Assembly: GCA_050633305.1 (NCBI GenBank)
Contig: JBOEGF010000008.1
Location: forward strand, 32,001-96,000
Direction: 5' to 3'
Length of the DNA stretch: 64,000 nt
From: Nannocystales bacterium
GTDB taxonomy: Bacteria > Myxococcota_A > Polyangia > Nannocystales > Nannocystaceae
How positions within the stretch are numbered: the stretch's first letter is position 1; every line of letters begins with the position of its first letter. The position numbers and the translations under genes are program-made. The notes beneath the pieces were generated by a model, which worked only from the letters and a program-made list of their open reading frames with translations, was not told the origin of the DNA and ran no database searches. Shown in pieces: positions 47,248-56,830 of the stretch.

Positions 47248-48666
47248 GTGGCTTCCCCAGAACGTCGTCCCGCGCGAAGGTCATGGTTTCGCGGGCTGAG
47301 CGCGTTGGGCGTGACGGCGCTGTGGTGGTCGCAGCTCGCATGCTTGCCCACAGCCAAGTTTCAGTGCTCGAACGATTCGGAATGCACAGGCGGAGTCCAG
47401 GGTCGCTGCGAGTCGACGCTCTACTGCAGCTACGAAGACACGTCCTGTGACGGACAACGTAGGTACAGCAACTGGGCAAGCGCCGCGCTGGCGGGAGCGT
47501 GTGTACAGCCTGAGGGTTCGAACACCAGCGAGACGACATCGTCGTCGACCGGGGTCGAGACGTCCGTGGCAACGCTCGAAGGTACGCAGACCTCCAGTTC
47601 ATCGTCGCGCTCGTCATCCTCGACCGGCTCGCCCGCTCCAGAGGGCTGGTGGAACTGCGAGTGGACCAGGCGCCGCGTACTCACCGTGGACGCCAAGCTC
47701 CCCGCAGACGTGTCGGACTTCACGGCGTTGGTCCGACTCGACGATGCCGCATCGCTCGACCTCGCAGACGATGGGTCCGACCTGCGGTTCGTCGACGCGG
47801 AAAGCGGCGAACTCCTGCCTCACGAAGTGGAGTCGTGGTCACCCGAGGGCACCTCCACGCTGTGGGTTCGACTGCCGCAGCTGCGCGACACCACAGCCGT
47901 GCACGTGTACGGCGGTGCCGGACAAGTCGACTCTGCGGAGGATGCTGCCGCGACATGGCCGGCTTCCCACGTCGCCGTGTGGCACATGGATGGCAGCGAG
48001 GACTCGACGAGCTTCGGCCACGAACTCAGCGTCAACGGACCGACCGATACCCAAGGCATCGTCGGGACGGCGTTCGCGTTCGATGGTGCCAGCGACAACA
48101 TCAACGCCGGCTCGCCCCAGAACCTGCAAAACCTATTCGCAGATTCGGCCACAGTCATGGCTTGGGTCCGCCTCGACGCCTTCCCCGAATCCTTCGGTCG
48201 GGTCATCAGCAAGTCGCAGACCGACGTCGGCCATGCGGGATGGTATTTCGGAACAGCCGCCTCCACGGGGGACGGTCAACCCGAACGAACACTGGTCTTC
48301 TACCGAGGTCTCGGCGACGGATTCAGCGGCCGCTGGGCGGCCCCCACGGATTCGGTCACCGCCGGGGAGTGGGCGTTCATCGCCGTCGCCTTGGACTACA
48401 CGAAGGACGGGGTCCCGCAGTTCCATGTCGATGGCGAACCGCGCTTCGGGACATCGGTCAACGGCGGGTTCAGCGGTGTCAACGACGCCCCCTACCCACT
48501 TCTGTTCGGCAACAGTCCAACGGGGGGGCAGACCGTCGACGGGGACATCGACGAGGTCCGAATCCTCAACGTCGCCCTGTCCACCGAGCGGATCGCCCTC
48601 GAACACCTCTCGATGCGAGACGGCCTATGGAACATAGGCCCCCTCCAGGAAAGCCCTTGCCCGTGA
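47248..48666 (+). CDS. Lipoprotein with Cys-rich N-terminus, DUF2341 and LamG-like domains
   Basis: QLAC lipobox, WW...W..RR, DGSDLRF.D, L.HEVE.W, WV, G.IDEVRI. Start uncertain (47248-47311). Confidence 0.85.
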   Translation: MASPERRPARRSWFRGLSALGVTALWWSQLACLPTAKFQCSNDSECTGGVQGRCESTLYCSYEDTSCDGQRRYSNWASAALAGACVQPEGSNTSETTSSSTGVETSVATLEGTQTSSSSSRSSSSTGSPAPEGWWNCEWTRRRVLTVDAKLPADVSDFTALVRLDDAASLDLADDGSDLRFVDAESGELLPHEVESWSPEGTSTLWVRLPQLRDTTAVHVYGGAGQVDSAEDAAATWPASHVAVWHMDGSEDSTSFGHELSVNGPTDTQGIVGTAFAFDGASDNINAGSPQNLQNLFADSATVMAWVRLDAFPESFGRVISKSQTDVGHAGWYFGTAASTGDGQPERTLVFYRGLGDGFSGRWAAPTDSVTAGEWAFIAVALDYTKDGVPQFHVDGEPRFGTSVNGGFSGVNDAPYPLLFGNSPTGGQTVDGDIDEVRILNVALSTERIALEHLSMRDGLWNIGPLQESPCP

Positions 48667-49268
48667 CGGACGAGCCCTCTTGGGTGCGCGCCTGGGCATC
48701 CGGCGACGCAACGGCCGGCGAGCGACTGACCGCACGGCACTACGCCAGCATGCGCAGGTTCTTCGACCTACGCGTTCCATCCGCCTCCGAAGACCTGACC
48801 CAGCGGACGTTCCTGGCGTGTGCCGAGCGGATCTCCTCGTTCCGAGGCGACGCGCCCTTCGTCGGTTTCCTCTTCGGCATCGCCCGCAACCAGCTGGCGA
48901 TGTACCTGCGCCGCCGTGGCACCAGTGACCGGCTCGTCTCGTTCGCATCGTCGGGCGGGAGCGACACCGTCACCACGCCCACCGGATTGATTGCCCGCCG
49001 CGAAGAACAAGGCCTGATCCTTCGCGCGTTCGAGCAGCTGAGCGACGAACAGAAGATGGTCATCGAGCTGTTCTACTGGGAGGGGATGGCCGTCGCGGAG
49101 ATCGGCCAGGTGCTGCGCCTGTCGGTCTCGGCGGTGACCAGCCGCCTCTCGCGGGCACGTGGCGCGATGCGGTCATTTCTGGAGTCGCTTCAACTCCGCG
49201 AGAGTGCGCGGCACAGTGTCCTGAGCGACATGGATCGCTGGGCGAGAAGCCTGCGCGAGGACGGGTGA
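48663..49268 (+). CDS. ECF sigma-70 factor
   Basis: GTGA coupling. GD..A, EDLTQ.TF, F.IARN, L.Y.EG...EI...L......V.SRLSRAR. Confidence 0.9.
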   Translation: MTDEPSWVRAWASGDATAGERLTARHYASMRRFFDLRVPSASEDLTQRTFLACAERISSFRGDAPFVGFLFGIARNQLAMYLRRRGTSDRLVSFASSGGSDTVTTPTGLIARREEQGLILRAFEQLSDEQKMVIELFYWEGMAVAEIGQVLRLSVSAVTSRLSRARGAMRSFLESLQLRESARHSVLSDMDRWARSLREDG

Positions 49269-49290
49269 CCCCCGCTGGACAGACGATTTT

Positions 49291-50169
49291 CTACGATTCG
49301 AACCTCGTCAGTTTCTCCGGGTTTCGCACCGCGAAGATACGGTCGATGAGCCCATCCTCGACGGCGAGGCCGATCGCGGCGATGACCCGGCCTCGCTGTC
49401 GGATAAGGATCCCCGGGGTGCCGTTGAACCACTCCTCGTCGAGCTGCACGCTACGTCGACTGGGAACCTGTTGACGCCAGATCCTCGCGAAGAATGCTGA
49501 GACCGCTTCGGGACCCCGCAGGACATCAGGCGCGGTCGGGACTCGCCCTCCCCCATCGGAGTGCAGCTCGACCGACTCGGAGAGCAGCATCTCCAGACGC
49601 TCGAACTCCCCGGCGTGCGCGGCCTCGAAGAAAGCCCCCAGCAGTCTCCGATGTTGCTGTGGATCCGCGTCCCGGCGCGGACGTTCACGACGCACTCGTG
49701 TTCTCGCCCGAGAGGCCAGTTTTCGGCACGTAGGCTCGGACTTCCCAAGCATGTTCGACACCTCGCCAAACGCATAGCCGAACACATCATGCAGCAAGAA
49801 TGCCGCACGCTCCGCGGGCGTCAGCGTCTCCATCGCAACCATCAAGGCGATGGAGACAGACTCGTCGAGTTGCGCCTTCGCCGACGGGTCTCCTTCCGCC
49901 GACTCGACGAACGGTTCGGGCAGCCAGATCCCGACGTATTCCTCGCGACGAGCGCGAGCAGACTTCATTGCATCGACCGCCAAACGACTACAGACCGTCA
50001 TCAACCACGAGCGAGGCTCGCGAATCACCGCTCGGTCGGCAGCACACCAGCGCACGTGAGTCTCTTGAACGATGTCTTGAGCGTCGGCGAGTACGCCACA
50101 CATCCGGTACGCCAAGCCTTCCAGCGTTCTGCGATGGGCTTCAAACTCGCCCGCATCTTCCGCTCGCAT
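49291..50169 (-). CDS. sigJ: ECF41 (SigJ-like) sigma factor with SnoaL-like C-terminus
   Basis: AYRM.G...DA.DIVQE, YVG.WLPEP, SDGGG, RNPEKL. Confidence 0.92.
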   Translation of the reverse strand: MRAEDAGEFEAHRRTLEGLAYRMCGVLADAQDIVQETHVRWCAADRAVIREPRSWLMTVCSRLAVDAMKSARARREEYVGIWLPEPFVESAEGDPSAKAQLDESVSIALMVAMETLTPAERAAFLLHDVFGYAFGEVSNMLGKSEPTCRKLASRARTRVRRERPRRDADPQQHRRLLGAFFEAAHAGEFERLEMLLSESVELHSDGGGRVPTAPDVLRGPEAVSAFFARIWRQQVPSRRSVQLDEEWFNGTPGILIRQRGRVIAAIGLAVEDGLIDRIFAVRNPEKLTRFES

Positions 50170-50170
50170 C

Positions 50171-50785
50171 TCAGCGAGGATCGCCGCCGTGAAAGAGGCT
50201 GTCGACATCATCACGGGCTTTCTCGACCCGGGCCTCGAGCGCACCGTCGGGGGTCTTCGTACCTTCGAGATGGACAGTCTGGATGTCCGTCACACCGATG
50301 TAGGCAAACACCGCGCGCAGCGTCGGCCGTTGGAAATCCGGACTGGAGTCCGCCGTTCCACCTCTTGCGGTGATGAGGGTGACTCGCTTCCCGCACAGCA
50401 GCCCTTGCGGGCCGTTTATGCCGTACGCGACCGTGCGACCCAGCCGCACGATGTGGTCCACCCAGGCCTTGAGCGCGGAGGGCATCGCGAAGTTGTACAG
50501 GGCACTGCTGACAAGGATGTCGTCGGCTTCCTCGAGTTCCGCGACGAGTTGGTCCGACATCGCGACGCCCGCTGGCACGGGCTCGATCTCGGGCTCGTCA
50601 CCTGCGTAGAAGACAGCGACCGTCGCCGCGTCCAGATGAGGCACGGGGTCCTGAACCAGATCCCGGGTCACAACCGCCCCTTGAGGGTTTCGTTCACGCC
50701 ACAACTGCTCGTAGTGGGACGCCAAGCGGCGGGAGTGGGATTGAGGTCCCTGCCCGCTCGCATCGAGTCGTAGAAGTCTTCGCAT
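50171..50785 (-). CDS. azoR: FMN-dependent NADH azoreductase
   Basis: L.LDAS....S.SR.L, RDL, LYNF.MPS.LKAW.D, TARGG. Confidence 0.9.
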   Translation of the reverse strand: MRRLLRLDASGQGPQSHSRRLASHYEQLWRERNPQGAVVTRDLVQDPVPHLDAATVAVFYAGDEPEIEPVPAGVAMSDQLVAELEEADDILVSSALYNFAMPSALKAWVDHIVRLGRTVAYGINGPQGLLCGKRVTLITARGGTADSSPDFQRPTLRAVFAYIGVTDIQTVHLEGTKTPDGALEARVEKARDDVDSLFHGGDPR

Positions 50786-50796
50786 CTCACAGGGAA

Positions 50797-50823
50797 GACG
50801 AATCCCCCGGCTCAAACGTGACC
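50797..50823 (-). promoter_or_regulatory. ECF41-type promoter (GGTCACG-N16-CGTC)
   Basis: Matches the ECF41 consensus TGTCACA-N16-CGTC in spacing and -10 box; 11 nt before the azoR ATG. Confidence 0.7.
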
Positions 50824-50852
50824 GCCGCCGTCGTATTTCTCTGCCCTCGGGC

Positions 50853-52478
50853 TCAGACCCGCATTCCGGGGGCCTCGCACTGCGTGCTCCGGGTGTACTC
50901 GGCGTACCCCCCGTCGTAGAAGCGTGGGCCATCCTCGCCGCCCAGCTCCAAGACGCGGTTGGAGACCTCGGTCAAGAACCGGCGGTCGTGGGAGACGAAC
51001 AGCATCGTCCCGGTGTAGCCAGCGAGCGCCTTGACCAGCATGTCCTTGGTATCGAGGTCCAGGTGGTTGGTGGGCTCGTCGAGCACCAGGAAGTTCGGCG
51101 GCTCGTAGAGCATGCTCGCGAGCACGAGCCGAACCTTCTCTCCACCCGACAACACGCGGACATACTTCTCCGCGTCGTCGCCTCGGAACCCAAACGCGCC
51201 CAACAAGCTGCGCAACGACCCTTGGGAAGCCCGCGGGAACTGCCCCTCGAGTTGGCCGATGACGGTCGCTCCAGCATCGAGAACCTCCATCGAGTGCTGG
51301 GCGAAGTAGCCCATCTTCACACTGGGGCCCACCTTCACGCTTCCGGAGTCGGGCTCGCTACGACCGGCGATCAACTTGAGCAAGGTGGACTTTCCCGCAC
51401 CGTTGATCCCCATCACACACCAGCGCTCGAGTCTGCGGATGGTGAGGTCGACGCCATCGTGGACCACGTGGTCGCCGTAGGCTTTGCGTACGCCTTGGAG
51501 GACCGCCACGTCCTCCCCTGAGCGCGGCGGCTTCGCAAAATCGAACTCGACCACCTCACGCCTCCGCGGTGGCGCCACCTTGTCGATCTTCTCGACCTTC
51601 TTGACCCGTGACTGCACCTGAGCCGCATGGCTGGCTCTGGCTTTGAACCGTGCGATGAACTCCCGCTCCTTGGCAAGCATGGCCTGCTGACGCGCGTAGT
51701 GGGCCTCGTGTTGGGCCGACAGCATCGCGCGCTGCTGTTCGTAGAAGTCGTAATTTCCACCGTGGGTGACAAGGTCTCCGCCGTCGACCTCCACGACCTT
51801 CGTGACCAGTCGGTTAAGAAGCTCCTTGTCGTGAGAGGTCATCATCACTGCCCCGCGGAACTCCATCAGCCACTTCTCCAGCCAGAGGATCGACTCGATG
51901 TCGAGGTGGTTGGTGGGCTCGTCCAGCAACAACACGTCCGGCTGCATGAGCAAGATGCGTGCGAGGGCCACTCGCATTTTCCACCCACCCGAGAGCTTCG
52001 CAACATCGTCGCCCACCACGGCCGCTGCAAAGCCCAGACCGGCGAGAATCTCCTGCGCCCGAGGTTCGAGTTCGAATCCTCCAAGCTCGGCATACCGGGA
52101 CTGCACTTCGCCATACCGCTCGATGATCTTGTCGAGTTCGTCCGCGCGCTCGGGGTCCGCCATCGCGGCTTCGAGTTCCGTCACCTCCACCGCGAGCGTC
52201 GACACTTCCCCGGCCCCCGCCATCACCTCCGCCAAAACCGACCGCCCGGACATCTCCCCGACATCCTGGTCGAAGTAGCCGATCGTGACCCCGCGCTCCA
52301 CCGCGACGCGCCCCTCGTCGGGCTGCTCTTCCCCGACGATCATGCGGAAGATCGTGGACTTGCCGGCTCCGTTCGGGCCCACCAAGCCCACCTTCTCACC
52401 CGCGTACAGGTTCATTGACGCGCCGGTGTAGAGGATCTGCGACCCGTGGCTGAGAGCGATGTTGTCGACCGTGATCAT
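50853..52478 (-). CDS. ABC-F family ATPase
   Basis: Two ABC domains (GPNGAGKST and GINGAGKST, LSGG, LDEPTNHLD), no TM. Confidence 0.95.
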   Translation of the reverse strand: MITVDNIALSHGSQILYTGASMNLYAGEKVGLVGPNGAGKSTIFRMIVGEEQPDEGRVAVERGVTIGYFDQDVGEMSGRSVLAEVMAGAGEVSTLAVEVTELEAAMADPERADELDKIIERYGEVQSRYAELGGFELEPRAQEILAGLGFAAAVVGDDVAKLSGGWKMRVALARILLMQPDVLLLDEPTNHLDIESILWLEKWLMEFRGAVMMTSHDKELLNRLVTKVVEVDGGDLVTHGGNYDFYEQQRAMLSAQHEAHYARQQAMLAKEREFIARFKARASHAAQVQSRVKKVEKIDKVAPPRRREVVEFDFAKPPRSGEDVAVLQGVRKAYGDHVVHDGVDLTIRRLERWCVMGINGAGKSTLLKLIAGRSEPDSGSVKVGPSVKMGYFAQHSMEVLDAGATVIGQLEGQFPRASQGSLRSLLGAFGFRGDDAEKYVRVLSGGEKVRLVLASMLYEPPNFLVLDEPTNHLDLDTKDMLVKALAGYTGTMLFVSHDRRFLTEVSNRVLELGGEDGPRFYDGGYAEYTRSTQCEAPGMRV

Positions 52479-52544
52479 CGGAGCGCGGAGGGTATCAGCG
52501 AGGGCAGCAAATGGCGCGCCGCCGCCGGTTCCGCAGCGGCACGG

Positions 52545-53546
52545 TCATCGACCCAGCACTCGGAGCCCCACGTGGCCGAACAGGAGCAGCGTAAACGCGA
52601 TGTTGCGCGGAATCGCGGCCAGCCATCGCTGCGCAGGTGGAGGTGTTCCGTCGGCGAGGGCTTGGCCAAGGCGGCGCAACTGCAGGACCGTCAAGGGCCA
52701 ATCCGAGAGCCCGTCGATCCACGCGGAGGGCAACGCTGCTGCCCCATGGCGGGCGCCCACAATCGCCCCGACGATCGCCCCGGTCGTATCGGTGTCACCG
52801 CCCAGCCGTACCGCCGCCTCGATCGCCCCGCGAGCATCATCGTGTTTCCGAATGCAATACACGACAGCAGGGAGGGTGTGCACGATGAACCCTGAGACCC
52901 CGCGTTCGAATCCGGCCTCGATTCGAAACCCGTCCAAGTCCGCTTCGCTGCTCCACGCGGATGCGACCCGCCCGCGAAAGACCTCATCCCGAATCTCCTC
53001 GATGACTCCCGCATCGACGCGTCCGTTCGCCTCCTGCCGCGCCACCCGGGCAACGAACACGGCGCCATCCAGCGCGCGAGGGTCGGTGTGGGTCATGCAT
53101 GTCGAGGCCTGAACGAGCTCGACCAAATGCCCGTCATCTCGAGCGCAGATTCCGAGTAGCGCTGAGCGCATCGCCGGACCGTTTCCCGCGGAGAAGACGC
53201 CACTGCGTCGTGGTGATACGCCCAACAGAAGCCGCAGCGCGCCACGGGCGGTCGCAAACCCGACACCGGGCGGGGCCGAGAGCATCCAGCGTCGGAGTTG
53301 TCCGGCCATCGAGGCCCGAAACCGTTCGAGCTCGCCATCCGACTCCCCCAGCGCCCGCGCGACGATGCACGTGTGCTCCGTGTCGTCGCTCAGCAGACCT
53401 CGGCGAAATGCCATCTGGTGCTCGAGCCCGGTCGAGCGAAGCCGCCGGGCGATACGGTCCGGTCCCAGTCCTTCGTGTGGCAGCCCAATCGCATCTCCGA
53501 CGGCGGTCCCCAACAGCACACCCATGATCGTGTCCAACTCCGGCAT
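52545..53546 (-). CDS. ADP-ribosylglycohydrolase
   Basis: G.AVGDA.G, SDDT, SAGNG.AMR, TH, GGDTDT. Confidence 0.93.
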   Translation of the reverse strand: MPELDTIMGVLLGTAVGDAIGLPHEGLGPDRIARRLRSTGLEHQMAFRRGLLSDDTEHTCIVARALGESDGELERFRASMAGQLRRWMLSAPPGVGFATARGALRLLLGVSPRRSGVFSAGNGPAMRSALLGICARDDGHLVELVQASTCMTHTDPRALDGAVFVARVARQEANGRVDAGVIEEIRDEVFRGRVASAWSSEADLDGFRIEAGFERGVSGFIVHTLPAVVYCIRKHDDARGAIEAAVRLGGDTDTTGAIVGAIVGARHGAAALPSAWIDGLSDWPLTVLQLRRLGQALADGTPPPAQRWLAAIPRNIAFTLLLFGHVGLRVLGR

Positions 53547-53804
53547 CGACGCGGGACGGAGCAACCGGTGTGCCAAGTCTGGATTCCGCCGTGTTGCGGT
53601 CCGGACGCAGGGGCATTGTGTCGGTCGCGCCGTTCGATGCCGACGAATCAGCATTCGTCGCGACGGGGTCATCAGGCCCCGAATCCCATCGGCCGAGGGA
53701 ACGCACGACACTGATGTCAGTCCTGGGCGAGGTGTCGCACGAATACGCGCAACTTTGGAATCGCCCGACCCGTACAACGCACGGTTTTTTGCGCGAACTC
53801 GACC

Positions 53805-53820
53805 TGGCACCGGCTTCGCA
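53805..53820 (+). promoter_or_regulatory. Sigma54 (-24/-12) promoter
   Basis: TGGCAC-cggct-TCGCA with exact GG-N10-GC spacing. SD GAGGTG and ATG 53845 follow. Confidence 0.6.
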
Positions 53821-53844
53821 TCCCTCCAACACTTAGAGGTGAAC

Positions 53845-56817
53845 ATGATTGGCTTGAATACGACGACTCGATGGGCTGCCTTGGTGCTCGCAGCCGCTGC
53901 GCTGGCAGGGTGCGCCCAAGAGGCGGGGCCCGCCGCCGCGGAGGACTTCGTTTCGGACAACCCCTACGGCGGGGAAAACGGGGGCAGTGGGACTGGGGAC
54001 CCGACCGACGGCGGTGATGACGGGGGCGGGGACTCCGGGGGCGATGACGGCTCACGCGATGTGGCCGAGGCCGACATCGTGCATATCGAGGGCGACCGCT
54101 TGTACGCCCTCTCTCGTTATGGCGGCCTGACGATCGTCGACGTCTCCACACCCGACGAACTCCCCGTCTTGGGACGTTTCCGGGCCCACGCCGAACCGTT
54201 CGAGATGTACGTCGAGCAGGGACAGGTCTTCGTCATGTACCAGGGCTGGGGCGAGTACGCCGAGGACCCCGAGAGCGGTGAGTACACCTGGCAAGCCGAC
54301 AGCCGGCTGCTCGCGCTCGACGCTTCGAACCCGGCGAGCATCAGCGTCGAGGGAGACTTTTCGATGCCCGGATACCTCTCCGACTCCCGTCGTGTTGGGG
54401 ATGTGCTGTACATCGTGAGCAAGGAGGACAGTTGGTGCTGGTCCTGCGCCGAGGGAACCAACGACACGGTCGTCACCTCACTCGACGTCTCGGACGAGAC
54501 CGACGTGCAGATGGTCGACCAGCTTCGGTTGGAAGACGAGCACAGCTGGGGCGGCCTGCGCAGCGTGAGCGCCAACGACCAGCGGCTGTACATCGGTGGA
54601 CCCGACTGGAACGCGGGACCCGACGATTTTTCCACGATCGAGGTCATCGACATCAGTGACCCTTCGGGCTCCTTGAGCGCCGGAGCCAGCATCGCGGTGG
54701 CCGGACGCATCGAGAGCCGCTGGCAGATGGATGAGCACGAGGGCGTCCTGCGCGTGATCAGCCAACCGGGCTGGTCGAGCACGACTCCGCCCCGCGTCGA
54801 AACCTTCGAGGTCACCACCGCCACGGACATCACCCCTGTGGGCAACCTCGCCATGACCCTGCCTCGGCCCGAAACGCTGCAGAGCGTACGCTTCGACGGC
54901 GAACGCGCGTACGCGATCACCTTCGAGCAAACCGACCCGCTGTTCACACTCGACCTCTCCGACCCTGCCGTGCCCGTACAAGTCGGAGAACTCGAAATCC
55001 CCGGCTTCGTCTACCACATGGAGACTCGGGGCGACCGCGTGCTCGGGATCGGATTCGACCGCGACAACCCCAACGGCTCCCTCAACGCCAGCCTGTTCGA
55101 CGTCTCTGATTTCGCCAACCCGACGATGCTCGAGCGGGTGAACTTTGGCGGAGACTGGGCCTCCTTCGCCGAGGACCAAGACCGCCTCCACAAGAGCTTC
55201 CAGGTGCTCGACGAGCACGGACTGCTCCTCGTTCCATTCAGCGGATGGTCCGACAACGGAGATGGCGACAGCTGCGGCGAGTACCTCAGCGGTATCCAAC
55301 TCGTGGACTGGGCAGACGACACGCTCGCCCTGCGCGGGGTCGCTCCCATGTCCGGCAACGCCCGTCGGTCCCTCCTCCACGACGAGCGCCTGCTGGCGGT
55401 CTCCGACAGCTCGGTCGAGGTGTTCGACGTCAGCGACCGAGACACCCCCGAGCGGACAACCCAGCTCACCACCGCCAACATCGCAGACCACCTCGCGATG
55501 AGCGACGACGGGGCGGTGATGGTCCGGATGGCGACCGACTGGTGGAGTGGCGAGACCCGGCTCGAAACGGTCGACCCTGCAACCCCACAGAGCCCACTGG
55601 CCCTGGGCTCGCTGTCCCTCGACCCGCTCACGCCTCCTCCTCCCGCAGGACCCGAAGGCGCCGAGTGGGGCTGCGCCCACTACGGATACCTGCAAAGCGA
55701 GATGTTCGTGCACGATGGGTTCGTGTACCTGGTCCGCGAAGATTCCCTCGGGGGTGGCTGGGGTCCGGATGCGAACACGGTGATCGACGTTGTTGATGTG
55801 ACGGACCCGTCCGCGCCTACGTACCTCGAATCGCTGGAGATCCCCGGCACTCGCAGCCGGTCCGCCGGGCAAAGCGTCAGCAGCGACGAGGAAGCCGTTC
55901 GTATCGTGGGCGACACGATGGTGATTGTCACGGGATTCCAGGATTGGCAGGAGGACGGCCCGGGCTCTTCGGCGAGCTCATTCGAGCTCGTCGACCTCTC
56001 CGTCCCCGGAGCACCAACCCACGCCCAGTCGATCGCACGGCCCGAAGCCCTCGCCCACGGCGGTCTCCAGCTCCACGATGGGGTCGGTGTCTCGTGGCAC
56101 ATGGCGGCCGTCTCCGCCGATACGAGCAAGGTCCGGTTCTTCCTCGAACGGTTGGACCTCACCTCGGCGGCCGAGGCTTCGACCGCACCTCCGGTCAACG
56201 TGCCGGGTACTGTGATCGCCTGGGACAACGCTGCGAGCCGAGCCGTGGTGGTCGACTTCCAGCTCGAGTCCACATCGGACCAGGAGACGTGCTGGTCCCA
56301 CGCAGCGTCTTGGTACTCTTACGAGGACGATGCTTGTGCGCTCGTGCAACGTCCGCTTCACCTGCTGCAGGTCCATGCAGACGGCGCGACGCTGCTGGAC
56401 ACCGTAGACATCCAAGGTACGGACGGCGGGATTCGGCAGGCAACCGCCTCGGACGAACGCCTCTTCGTGAGTCTCCAGCACGGCAGCTACGCGTGGACGG
56501 AGGACGGTGGCTACATCGGCTCGCCGCAGTCCCAGGTCGCCATCGTGGCCGACTGGTCGGCAGACAGCTTGGCGGTCGCGGGCACACAGGTCGTTGGCCA
56601 CGGCGGCGGGTGGCTCGGCGAACTCACCGCGCTGGGCACCCAGCTCCTGTTCCAAGCCAGCTCAGGGCTCGGCCAGCTCGACGCCTCGAACCCCGCGGCA
56701 CCCAGCCTGACGCTCCACGAGCTGTGGGGCTCGTATTGCGCGGACCTCCACACCCGCGACGGCATCGCTTACTGCGCGGCGGGAGCGTGGGGTGTGCAAG
56801 CACTCCCGCTCGACTAG
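53845..56817 (+). CDS. Secreted beta-propeller lipoprotein
   Basis: LAGC lipobox, EADIV, MDE..G.LRV, E...SVRF.G.RAY..TF...DPLF..DLS.P, GEL.IPGF. Confidence 0.9.
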   Translation: MIGLNTTTRWAALVLAAAALAGCAQEAGPAAAEDFVSDNPYGGENGGSGTGDPTDGGDDGGGDSGGDDGSRDVAEADIVHIEGDRLYALSRYGGLTIVDVSTPDELPVLGRFRAHAEPFEMYVEQGQVFVMYQGWGEYAEDPESGEYTWQADSRLLALDASNPASISVEGDFSMPGYLSDSRRVGDVLYIVSKEDSWCWSCAEGTNDTVVTSLDVSDETDVQMVDQLRLEDEHSWGGLRSVSANDQRLYIGGPDWNAGPDDFSTIEVIDISDPSGSLSAGASIAVAGRIESRWQMDEHEGVLRVISQPGWSSTTPPRVETFEVTTATDITPVGNLAMTLPRPETLQSVRFDGERAYAITFEQTDPLFTLDLSDPAVPVQVGELEIPGFVYHMETRGDRVLGIGFDRDNPNGSLNASLFDVSDFANPTMLERVNFGGDWASFAEDQDRLHKSFQVLDEHGLLLVPFSGWSDNGDGDSCGEYLSGIQLVDWADDTLALRGVAPMSGNARRSLLHDERLLAVSDSSVEVFDVSDRDTPERTTQLTTANIADHLAMSDDGAVMVRMATDWWSGETRLETVDPATPQSPLALGSLSLDPLTPPPPAGPEGAEWGCAHYGYLQSEMFVHDGFVYLVREDSLGGGWGPDANTVIDVVDVTDPSAPTYLESLEIPGTRSRSAGQSVSSDEEAVRIVGDTMVIVTGFQDWQEDGPGSSASSFELVDLSVPGAPTHAQSIARPEALAHGGLQLHDGVGVSWHMAAVSADTSKVRFFLERLDLTSAAEASTAPPVNVPGTVIAWDNAASRAVVVDFQLESTSDQETCWSHAASWYSYEDDACALVQRPLHLLQVHADGATLLDTVDIQGTDGGIRQATASDERLFVSLQHGSYAWTEDGGYIGSPQSQVAIVADWSADSLAVAGTQVVGHGGGWLGELTALGTQLLFQASSGLGQLDASNPAAPSLTLHELWGSYCADLHTRDGIAYCAAGAWGVQALPLD

Positions 56818-56830
56818 CCGCCTCGCCGCT

